From Tubiluchus corallicola (lineage: Eukaryota > Animalia > Priapulida): a DNA stretch of 64,000 nucleotides. Below, piece after piece: positions 1 through 11,436 of this stretch. The translations under genes were made by a program, and so were the position numbers. The stretch is from positions 682,001 to 746,000 of the forward strand of contig JAQGDQ010000042.1 of NCBI GenBank assembly GCA_030141605.1. Reading direction: 5' to 3'. Position 1 is the stretch's first letter, and each line of letters opens with the position of its first letter. Below the pieces are notes generated by a model. It ran no database searches. It was not told the DNA's origin and worked only from the letters and a program-made list of their open reading frames with translations.

Positions 1-260
1 TCTTCAAATTTAATAATAACGAAAGGATAAAAAATCTAAAGAAACAAGTTTTGCAGTATGTTTGTAATAAAATAAATTGAATATTCACAATGACAGTAGG
101 ATTTTAAGTTGTAAAAGCCTATACTGTCGTGAGGGTTTTTAATATTGAATTTATCAGTGCATTACAGGTGCTATCTTTCTTTCATCAAAGGCAATTTCGG
201 ACCCAGTTTTGAGTTTATAAAATACTTGGCTGGTTTATTTGTTGTTCTTTTTTCTCATAG

Positions 261-3200
261 AGTGCATGTAGTATTTGGTCATGTGATTACTGGAGCAGAA
301 GTTGTCACACAGATAGAGAATCTTCCTACAGATGGTAACAGCCGACCTACGGCAGATGTGAAAATCGCTAATTGTGGTGAACTGGTGCTTCAGTTGAAAC
401 CAAAGACGAAAAGTATTATATTATTACATATAGTAGTAGTTGCAGTATGTATTATGTAGTGCTCAAAGTGTGGATGTTAAACGATACAAATTTTCCGATC
501 CGATATGATACTTTTTTCCAATAATGTGATAATGATAAACTATTCTTTAGACGACACGATGAATTATTTCGAACAATAAAAATGATAGTGAAGTTGGACA
601 GTTTGTACAACAACAGAAAAGTATCATTAATATTTAAAATTATTAAGTGAATCACTCCGTTCAGTGCTTTATACTTAAATGGCTGCTAGTTGTGAAACAC
701 AAGTTTGTGACAGGTAAACATATTACTGCGATAAAAATATTTATCTATGCGAGCTGCACATGACAGGGAAAGTGACACTGAAAACACGGTATAGTATTTT
801 TGACAGCTGCGCATCAGTATCAAAGTGTATAAAGGGGCTTCTGTACTTTGTCGGAATGATTCAGAATGAATGCCAGGTGAAAGTACAAGAAAATGATTCC
901 GCATCTGACAAGCTTTTAATTTCAAATAATTCTTATCCATTTTTTTGCAAAATTATTGTAAATAAATAGAAAAGTGTAGCGATTTTATAAAGGTAAGCGA
1001 TAAACAAGGATACGTGTCAAATTCGATATGATAACGATATTCCTAAAATAATATTGATACAATAATCAATAATTACTAATACGTGTCGTTATCGTTAACA
1101 TCTTTAGCTCAAAGTACGCCCTTAGAATTATTGTGATTTTTACGTACTAATGGTTCAGGGGAAAAGCAGTTAGCTTTCAATTGTAACCTAAAAGATCTGT
1201 GTCTGTTAACCTATAACTGATCACATAACTATGTAATTTGTAAAGTGTGAATATTAACTGGGCAATGTAGCTGTTGTCAAAACTTGGTTGCATGAAGAGT
1301 GATAACATATAGTTTAAAATGGTTGATCATGATTAAATTTGATTATATTTTTTCAAAAAATTGGCATGTTTTGTGTGTGAATTAGCATATACACTTATTC
1401 ACATATAATATACATAATATATAATATAATATATTCGCTTAGGAAATTTTGATTTAGGCTTATATCTCCACAGTATTTCATGTTGTTAGTTTCCATTAAC
1501 ATTCTTTCGTGATAACTATCCTTCTGATGTTATGCTAACTAGTTATGCTTTATCCCTAAAAACCACAATTTATTTATCATTTGTTTTTAGAGAAGAAGCA
1601 AACTGTTGAAACTAGTGACAGTGAAAACGAGAGTAGCAGTGATGATGCAGATGCTGAAAAGAAGAAAGAAAAGTCCAGATCAAAGAAAAAGAAAAAGGAA
1701 AAGCAGAAGGAACAGAAGTCGTCTGAGAGGTGACACCATTGTACTATCACTACTGTATACATATAATCATCAACTTATTACCTATGTGACTTATAACTAT
1801 TCAGCTTTACAACCGAACTGCAACTTAATTAATTAATTATACAAAGCCAACTATAACTTATATTTCTTTCTATTTTTAAGTGCATTAACTAACTTTAAAT
1901 TGTTATCTGTTTTGATAAATTAATCGTAGGCACTGCCATAATTAGTATGTGTAGACACACACATCATCTTCTGTGTAGGAGGGCACTGTTAAAATATATG
2001 GGTCTGACGTGTCCGGTTCGTCTTACAACCAGTCCGCCAGTCCTGATTGTGGTCATAAGTCGATGACTACCGGTACATTTATACTTTCCATGTCCGTTTA
2101 CTGTAATTATCCGGGATTGCAGGTTATGTAACAACAGATAAAAAATACAGAGAAGATACAAAAGAACAACTCGTCATTGTAATCGACAGTTAAATTCAGG
2201 AAGAGAAAAGCTCTGAAAATATGTGGTCAACCAGGATCTGAAACCAGAACTTTGTGGATTCGAAACTCTGAACATGTTCTAAATTTTTCAAGTTTGATTC
2301 TAAAAAGCATTAGAAATGTCAATTTGTGTGTGTTTTGCAGTGAATCTGAAGAAGGACAGCTAGGAGAAACACCGAATAAACCTGACTTGACATACAGCTC
2401 CGTGAGACCGGAGGAAATACCCAATGTACCGGCAAATAATTTCCTTATGCGGAGCATAGTTGAAGAGTAAGTCATTTTGTTTTGTATTACTTGTCAGAGG
2501 AAGTGGTTCATTAATCATCACATTTCTTTATTTTCACTTTTTTGTGGCTATAAAATTTTGCGGTTATTTTGTCTGATTTGTTTCAAAATTTACATTTCTT
2601 CAATGTTTAGATTTTGCAGAGAAAACTTCCTGAGTAATAACATATTTGATTATAGTAAACTTAGCTAGAATATGTAACTCATTAAAGTCTGTATTTTCTT
2701 TATCCTGAAATTACTACATAATTGCCTATCATATTTAAGTGATCATTTCATTAAGCTATCATTTTATTTGAGTAATAGACCTATTTGTTTTTTTATGAAG
2801 ACAAAAGCCTCCGGAGCGCATTCGTCGTCGCTCTCAACCAGTTGTCACTCGATCTGGCCGTAAAATCAAAGGACGTGGCTCATTGGTAAGTAATTACTGA
2901 TGTTAACCAACTTCTGGAGTCTTGAACCTGCTGGCTAATGTTAGCATAGTGAGGAATAACTTACTACTGACTTTTTTATACTGCAATCCCGTCCCATTGT
3001 ACATTTTTGCAAAACATTGCAGAATTTCTTAAAGGCATTATTCGTTAAACATATAAATAATATTACTGACCAAGGAACACGTATTGATTTTTTTATATGC
3101 TTTTATTTGGGAAGTAAAGTTTTAAGTAAGCATAGTAAACAAATGTTATTAACAATTCAAACCCACCCAAAGTTTTTTAAAAGCAGAATTTCATCCTCGG

Positions 3201-5643
3201 CTAACATGAAACTTGCATGACATCATATGTTTCAAATGACATCATATATTCCAAACCATATTTGTTTATGGTTAATATTGTTGATTTTATTTTAAGCTCT
3301 TATATCATGACTAAACTATGTGATCTTGTTTATAGTTTCTTCATTACTGCCAGGTTTTTTATTCTATTAACTCAAAGTGGTTAAGCAGTTAAGCACTCAC
3401 TAATCGTTATCTGTTTTTGTATGAAACACTAACCATAATTACTGGACTTCTGGGACTTCTTCACTATCAAACTTTTCGTTATTACTGATTATCTTACAGA
3501 GATACCGAACACCATCTAGAAGTCGTTCTCGCAGTTACACACCTCCTCACTGGAGGGAAGCAACAAGAGGCGTTATGTCGTTGGAAGAATATAAGGAAGT
3601 ACAAAGGGAACTACAGGTAAGAAAGAAAGCTCGGGAAGAACGGGAAGCTGAACGCCAGAAGAGGGATAATGAAAGGGAGGCCAGGAGAACTTTGGAAGCT
3701 GCTGAATTTGCCAGAAAGGAAAATGAAAGGTGAATTTTAATGAGTTTTTGATGGCATTTGAAAATTATATTAAAATCTGGTTTCTAGTTACTGGGCATGT
3801 ATTTCAAAACTCTGGTAGAGACTTGTAGTTGGTTGGTTGGTCCATTGGTGCAATAAATTCTAAATTCATTCAACGCTTGGCTGTAATGTTCTAGTGATGG
3901 TGGCATGGTGCACAATTTATTTGCAACTTGTTTGAGTACAATCAGATTCGCATTTTCTACTTATTTATAAATAACAAAATATAAACCATGTAAATTGTTG
4001 TGCTGCATGATGTAATTTGCCAAATGGAATTGTTATATATATTTTTTTAGGAATCGTGACCAGCACCACTCTTCTCGTTCTCAAAAAAGCCTCAGTAAAG
4101 AAAACGTTAACAGCGGTGACAGACCTGGACGTTTTAGTGAGAATGCTCGTGAACCTCGAGATTCTAGGCGCTCAAGGTATGATCATTCCATGCAAGAAGA
4201 AAATCCCAACAGGAGTGAAAAACGAGTGGGAAGGCATCGAGGTGAAGAATTCGAAGAGGTTCATTCGTCCAAGCATCGACACCACAAAAGATCTCGACAT
4301 GAAAGTGGTGGAGGTGGGCACGAGGAGTCAAAAAAATTGAAGCATCATAAGAGTGAACGCCGTCATAAGAAGCACCGGCATTCTCACAAAAACTATGATT
4401 CTGATGCCGAGGACTATGCTGAAGATCAAGTCGTAACTGTGAAACAAGAGATTGACTTTCCTCATTCGAAGAAAGATGAGACGATACCATTTTTAGGTGG
4501 AGATATCGGGGAGTTGCCTCGTCCAGAAAAACCTAAAGGTTATGTTCCACCTCTCCAGAGTTACGGACGTATTCCCGGCATTGGAAGTGCAGAAGAGGAC
4601 AGTACCAGTGGTGAAGATGAGAGAAAAGAAAAAGAAAACCGACGAGCTAGGAAGTCAAAGCACAAAAAACATAGTTACAGAAAACATAAAGAAAAGAAAA
4701 CGGAACATCGTCATAGCTTCAGAAGAGAAGAAAAAATTGATAAACAAATGGAAGTATCAATGCCAGACTCACGAGAAATGGCAGCTGCTTTCAAGAAAAG
4801 AGATACAGTCACCGATCAAGATTTAAAAGATAAACCAAGGAGGTCTCTTTCTGTTAGTCGAAGTCCGTAAGTTTTAAGTGACCACACGTTTTTATGATTA
4901 GCTTTTATCACCCTTTTCAAGAATTATTTCTGGGGCAATTTTGCTGTCTATAACTATAACAGTAATGCGTTAAAAATAAAGGCAAACCGAATACAATGGC
5001 AACTGATGAGGAATCTCGATCACACTAGTACATGTTGTTATGTCGGAAAGTGATATTTATCTAAATAATTGAAGCAATGTGATTAACTGCTACTATGCCT
5101 CAGTTGTAATTGAACCTTGTTAGAAATCCAGGTCTGGGACAAACTAAAGTTGGGGTTGGCAGTAAGAGAAGGTTTACCAAATATTCATATCTAATTTAAT
5201 TTTTATTACACTGAAGTGTGACAATTTTAATCTAGTGTGGTAACTGACTATGAGCACAAAACATTCACATCAGCAAGAAAAATGTGTAGAAGAGTTTGAA
5301 TTTGATTGTCTAAAAGAAACAGTTACTGAAACTGAACCCTGTTATTACAGTTACCTAGACATAAAAGACTTAGATTTTCATTATTCTTCCCTTGCTCATT
5401 TTCTGTTTGCATTTTAGGGTAGTATAGACATTTTACATAGCAAATACTTTGGCAGCTAAGTTAGATTGGTAGATTGATATGTAAGGGCATTGTGGCAAAG
5501 CAGAAGTTGAAGTGAGACGAGGCTGGCATTTTGTTGAGGCGGCCTGTACCGTATATACTGTCCTATACTCTAGTTTTACTGTATATTAATTACTGTTCCT
5601 TTCAAATTTTTGCAGGTCAAGTGAAGGAGAAATCAAGGGTTAA
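261..5643 (+). CDS. PPIG: SR-type cyclophilin (peptidyl-prolyl isomerase G / NKTR-like), 3' part; 5' exons lie upstream of the window
   Basis: Phase-consistent GT-AG exons: 261-412, 1591-1729, 2341-2466, 2801-2885, 3500-3729, 4051-4866, 5616-5643. The cyclophilin C-terminus HVVFGHVITGAEVVTQIENLPTDGNSRPTADVKIANCGEL is followed by PPIG/Moca-type motifs (EEIPNVPANNFLMR; TRSGRKIKGRG-RYRTPSRSRSRSYTPPHWR) and an Arg/Ser/Lys/His-rich tail. If the last intron is not spliced, the ORF stops at 4870. Confidence 0.9.
469..1106. mobile_element. Non-autonomous hAT-type DNA transposon (MITE) in a PPIG intron
   Basis: Perfect 8-bp target-site duplication GCTCAAAG at 461-468 and 1107-1114. Imperfect TIRs are TGTGGATGTTAAACGATA and TATCGTTAACATCTTTA, with subterminal CGATA/TATCG repeats. 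Confidence 0.8.
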
Positions 5644-7249
5644 CTGTAGTAACATACTTCTAGATAGTTAAAGCATCACATCTGGAATATTGGAAATAGA
5701 ATGTCAGGATTGTTGGTGGACTTACCGGAATGTGTCTAAAAGCAGAGAAATGGGAGCGCTATTAGAGTTTTGTGATGTGCCTAATTTGACTTGAACCAGT
5801 TTATAGTCGGTTCATTAAGCTGAAACTTTGACATGATGAGCTTATCTGAAATATGTCATTTGCAAATATTGCTTTTTGTCTCAAGACATTCCCAAACTGA
5901 TTCACAAGTGACTGAAAATTCCCTTCAAGTTCTTAACTACTTATAATCTAAACACTTGGAATTAAATTTGTTTATTCGTTTTCGGGACGTTTCGTTGTAA
6001 GCAAACCAACGTATGCTTCTTGCAAACTATGCACTTGCAATCATTGCAAACTTTGTAACTTGTAAATATTTCGTGCAAGAAACATTGTTCACATATGTAG
6101 ATCGGATAGTGGAATTTTAACACGGCTTGTTGTTTTTACAACACTATATTACACTAGACATGCTATTTAAGCAAAATGGTAATAACTTAAAAATGTGCCA
6201 TTACTTTTAGTACGACTTTTGATTTAATTGAATGTTTTTATCAAAATTTCATTGAAGATATGTCTTTAAAGGACCACTGCATGTAGAATTTTTCAGATAA
6301 ATCCATTAAAGTTCTTGTTTTGATGGTTTGGAAATTTTTGATAATTATGTTTTTTAATGTATATATTCAAACTATATCTGCTATACATACAAAATTATGA
6401 CTAAATGTGAGTGAAAAAACCTCCCAATAAGCCACAGTTTGTCCCCATATTTTCTTGGAGTGAATTTGTTTGCTATGTAAAACATATTGTCGCTGTCCAT
6501 GAAAAACCGTGATTCCGTGATAACCTGACTTCTTTTAGTAATTGCTAGTAGTAATTACTGTTGCTGCAGTTTGTGTTGCCATATAGATTTTTTTTGATGA
6601 TATTTGGTCAAAATATTCCTATATAAGCTGCACTGCAACTGTGTGGCATGGACATAAATAATTCTGAGTGTGTTTTTTGGGGTAAGGCAGTTTTAATCCT
6701 GCTTTTTTACAGCTATATTATAATTAATTGCATGCTTATATTCTTTTCTGTTACTAATTACTTTGTGTCATAGAGGCAGGTAAATTGGAATGTAAAAAAC
6801 AGCTTTAATAAGCTAAGTTGAATGTTCCACATCTGTAAATGTCGTTTGTCCTAGCTATGCTGTAGCTATTATAAAATAAATTTTGTAATTTCTGAAGACT
6901 TCCAATAATTACATTGTTTTGATGCATTATTTTGCGTAATTCCTGAGTATTAGCTCCGGTCTTAGAAAAAAACCTGTTTATTCCCCATGCATTTGCTCTG
7001 TCCTTTACAGTTTTTCCACGCTTTTAATGCCAAACGATTTAAAATAATTCCAGAAGCGTTTACCCAGTCGAGTTGAAATTTGACATGATGACTGGATAAG
7101 GACGCCTTTGGTTGACAATAAATTTGTAGCAATTTGTTAGTTAATTAGAGTTGTTTAATCAATAAATTTAAATTGATATAAATTTTGTGTTCCTGTGATA
7201 ACTATTTTTAACAAAACAACGTCCTTTGAACACAATTTTAATTCTTAAT

Positions 7250-8085
7250 GAAGAAATTACTCAATAATTAGTAAAATCACAGGAAATACACAAATAGAAA
7301 ACAGTATTGCTGCTGTAATCACTTTAACAGAGAGAGAAATCAAACTCGTGAGATGTCTAGCAGAGACCATAGCATAGATTATATTATACGGGAACGGGTT
7401 GTCAAGCCACTTAGCAAGGTACCCATTGACAACCGGCTTGCGGTTAGGAGGGGAAGACAACTGAGTATACTACATCTGGTGATATTCGGAAGCTATAGAT
7501 GGATACACATTATTGTATAAACTGTGGTGTAAGCAACTGCCTGAAGATATAGTGGTTAAAAGGTATTTTATTAACATAAAGACTGTGCTAGCAAAGTCAG
7601 TCACACTGATACTGTGAGCATAACCCACATGATAGCAAATTAAAGGTAGCACAATATAGAACTACTTTTGCAGTGGTGTATGCATATGCAATTGTATGCT
7701 ACATGAAAGGAGCTTGGTTTCTATAAGTGTGATGCATATGATCAAGTCTTTGGACCACCGATGGAGCTCTAAATCGCTTGAACTGGATATGGTCTTCTTG
7801 AGACGTTAATCGCATTAGATAATGATATCAACTGCAAAAACTCCAAGTTGAGATGCTATTTAATCATACCTGTTCTCAGTGTTCTGTGCATAGGTCAATG
7901 ATATAAGGAAGGAATAAAACTGGCCCCAGACTTATGGCACTCCTGATGACATCAAAGGCAAAGAAGACTTAGTTCCATTAACAGCTAATGTCCGAGTTCG
8001 ACTAAGAAGGAAACCAGAAATCCAAGTTGCAGTATTTCCACAAATGCCATAACTTACGTGCTTATGGAAAACCAATGATGCAGCT
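7250..8085 (-). mobile_element. Decayed CR1/L2-group LINE fragment (reverse transcriptase region to 3' end)
   Basis: The minus strand near 8055-7820 reads YGICGNTATWISGFLLSRTRTLAVNGTKSS..SSGVP / LGPVLFLPYIIDL .. VFAVD, matching decayed RT motifs with frameshifts. A 3' hairpin GGTTGTCAA..TTGACAACC lies near 7398-7434. Boundaries are approximate. Confidence 0.75.
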
Positions 8086-8566
8086 TCCACATTAAACTAA
8101 ATTGAGTAAATTCTGAGGACATGATAGTTCCTCGATTGACTTAGCAACATTTTGATATGTTCTATACTATTGCTTCTTGTTTTTGTTACTTATCGTAAAT
8201 GGTCATGTTGTAAATATTACATTTTGTGTATGGTCTTTTCGCTTGTCTATTTATTTCTGTGCGACTTTTTTTCGAATCAAAGGTACAGTTCTGTGTTACT
8301 TGTTCCTCGAATCAACGCATGAAGCTGATACACCGGTTGACTTCCACTGCACGGCCACGTCAAGACTGTGTTTTTATTAAAATTTTGATAAATACAGTTG
8401 AAATTTTCACAGATAACTTTAAAAACCGTATGTAATTACTTTTCAACTAGAAGAAAATGGAAATAAGTATTTTACTTTTATGGGTGTATCTGATGTCTAA
8501 AGTCGATACTTGTGCTTAATTAATTGTATAACTATAAGTTTTGTAATGTGCTGTTTCTGATTAGGT

Positions 8567-9615
8567 TTGTTGGAGCGGAGTAGGACATTAGCCGTTGAGT
8601 TAGTAGGACAGTTGGCGTACAAGGGCTAGCACAAGTAGGACGCGTCGTACACGGGCTGCCCTACTAGAGACAGGTCATAGACATAGACATAGACATAGAA
8701 CATTTATTTTCTCCATTTGTTTAACATGACAAGTTTTTTTAAATATTACTTAATTATAGTAGTGGAGCAGGGCAGGGAAGGACCATAGGGTCATCTAGTC
8801 TCCTGCCCTGTCTAATAATTAAATTAGTATATTAAAAGTAAATGGTGAGACTGCGGATAACAAAATCAAATAGGAAAAAATAATAATAATCAGTATAAAT
8901 GAAAACAAAGTATAAATGAAAACAGTATAAGTGAAAACAAAAAATAATAAAGTTAGATGACACCAAAATCTAAACAAAACAATACAATTAATACAAGTAA
9001 TTATGATTATTATATATATTTTCAAATAGGGGCCTTATTGACAGGGGATTTTGACTGTATGGAGAGATAAAATAAGTATAAAAAAAAGTGTAATATAGAA
9101 AATTTAAGAGAAAAAGTAAGTATAAGAAAGAGCAACAATTACTTAGGAGATGAGAAGAAAAGGTCACGAATTGTGTCGTTAACCGTACAAATAAGCCCGC
9201 TCTTTAGATAATTCCAACACTTGCTTAAGGTATATAATTTTTTATTTTGTCTCGCTTCACTGACGGCTATCCGTTTCACTACTTCTTGGACAAATAATTG
9301 TTTTCTTCTAAGTAAACAGGCTAGCGAGCTATGTGCCCTACATAGTTCCTCTCGTTAAAGCATTAGATACTTAGTTTAATGTTATGATGATATTAATGGA
9401 GCTAAGAATAATGATAATATTATTGCAAAAAATACATTTGCATCATTATTATAAAGTTACTTTTTTCTAAAACGAATTTACTTTATTGTTTTATGATGTC
9501 ACAATTCTCGATTCTCAACAGAAATCACCAGTGCCCTACCTGGGCTGCCCATGTACGACACTGCTTTTCCACATTGTGTCTTACTTCGACTAGTGGCGTA
9601 CTCCGCGCCCTACAA
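8567..9615. mobile_element. Possible old DNA-transposon remnant with diverged terminal inverted repeats, interrupted by a LINE tail
   Basis: TTGTTGGAGCGGAGTAGGACATTAGCCG..GTCGTACACGGGCTGCCC (8567-8661) resembles the reverse complement of 9531-9615. No clear TSD was seen. Confidence 0.4.
8676..8815 (-). mobile_element. CR1/L2-type LINE or SINE 3' end
   Basis: The minus strand shows a stem-loop CAGGGCAGGAGACTAGATGACCCTATGGTCCTTCCCTGCCCTG resembling the CR1 3' stem-loop, then ATGGAGAAAATAAA and a (CTATGT)n tail, seen as (CATAGA)4 on the plus strand. Confidence 0.65.
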
Positions 9616-9974
9616 TATTGTACTTGTGTTCTGATGTTAACTGCAAACTACCATTATTTTATAATATAATTACTCAAAATTTTTTGCAAAAATTAACCAA
9701 TTAAAATTGAAAGGACTTTTGTTAATGGACGAATGTTGGGCATTAGCAGTTGTAGCTGGGATCCCTGTTGCCAGGCTAAAAACCTTGACCTAACAACAAT
9801 AGTGGTTCTGAAAGCATTCTGCTTAAATACTTCTAGCGAAATAGGGTCCATTAGCAAAACTTCTAATTCCCATCAATTGATAATAGATTATCGATATTAA
9901 TTCACAAGATCCAACTGAACTGCAATTACCGGTAACTTGTCCTTTAGACAAATCATGCCCATTATAATTAAATG

Positions 9975-10545
9975 TAGTAGGTGCCACTTAATAGACTCAC
10001 TTTGGGACCGAAGTGTTTTGACCAAATTAACCAACACAACCTATTAACCGGATGGGTGAACTATTGCTGGTATAGAAGTATGAGTCATCAGAGCTTAGTA
10101 TGTACTGCAAAGGTTTTTAATGAAATTTAGAAAGGAAGTAATGCCTAAATTCCTTTGTGTTTAAAAATTTAAAAAGATATTTTACAATATTTATTTACAT
10201 AAGTGAATTAGCAATAAATTAAAAAGTATACTTTTCTAAATCACACATGTCTGTTTATTTGTGAAAATTACAAAATTCCTGCAAAGTGGGCTGTTTTATT
10301 TTCTCACGAAGAAGTTGGCTCACAAAATTCTAATAATTATAAAAACATTGAAAATCTGTCATAAAAGTAGGAAAGGCTGTTTGGGCAGATACAAGTGTCT
10401 TATTTTAAGTATGTGAAGGAAAATATTGAGTCAATTACCAACAGTTTTTACATACATTTGAATAGAAGCGGCCCGTACCAGGCATTTTTGAGTCAATCAA
10501 GCAGTTGAGTCTATTAACCGTGAGTCTATTAAGAGGCGCCTACTG
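9975..10545. mobile_element. Tc1/mariner (pogo/Tigger-like) MITE, family A, copy 1
   Basis: TIRs TAGTAGGTGCCACTTAATAGACTCA and TGAGTCTATTAAGAGGCGCCTACTG followed by TA. Internal blocks are shared with 28430-29125 and 35441-35780. Confidence 0.8.
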
Positions 10546-11436
10546 TACCAGTAATTACTAAATGAAAAGATTAAGGTGAAGCAAATCAAGTACCATGTTA
10601 CAGATTGACAACTGCCTGAAAAACCACTTAATAATTAATTAATAATACAAAAAAATAAAGAAGGTCGTCAGTATATTGCAAATGACACGAAAGATTTGGT
10701 TGATGTTTTTCTATTCACACATTGTATCAGATTTATCTGGCATTAAATTCCTTAAAGGAAGACAGGGTGATTTTTCATATCCTTTCCCATTTTCAAGTAC
10801 GGTAAAAAGTACACCTTTATACGGCAGTAATAATGGAAAAGTATTTCTGATTATTAAATAATATAGAAAAATCTTAATTAACGGAGTGCATGCCCGCCCA
10901 TTGATGATGTCACAAGTGAACATCATTTTCAGCAGCATGTTGTATGTGTTTGCAAAAGTGAAATTGTAGTACAGCATTCCATGTGTTATGCTAAAATTCG
11001 GCAAGTTTTTTAAGATACCGCTGTGCTTACGCATGAGCTGTCAAACATGTGCAGTATGTAGGGAATGAAGATCTCTGAGCTGAGAGGTGCAGCACCTGTT
11101 TTTGTGCAATGCGCTTCAGAAATGCAGGCGCCAGTGCCCGTCTAGCTAGCAAATGGGATAATGCATATAACAGCAAAGAACTAGTGGCGCGAATGTGAAA
11201 AATTGTGTTTGTGTGGTAATAATTCTTTCACGTAAGCCATTTTTGAAAAAAATGATGTTTCCTTTCAACATTTTAAAGAATAGATTATTTTGACCTACAG
11301 TTCCGTGATTGATGTCCAGTTTCCCCTTACGGTGTTCCTTGTCTTTAATTTTCACATCTTCATATTGGATTCTGGTCTCTTCTAATGCAGTGCTTATTAT
11401 TATTGCAGGGCTACTTGTTTTACTTTTAAAGGCGCT

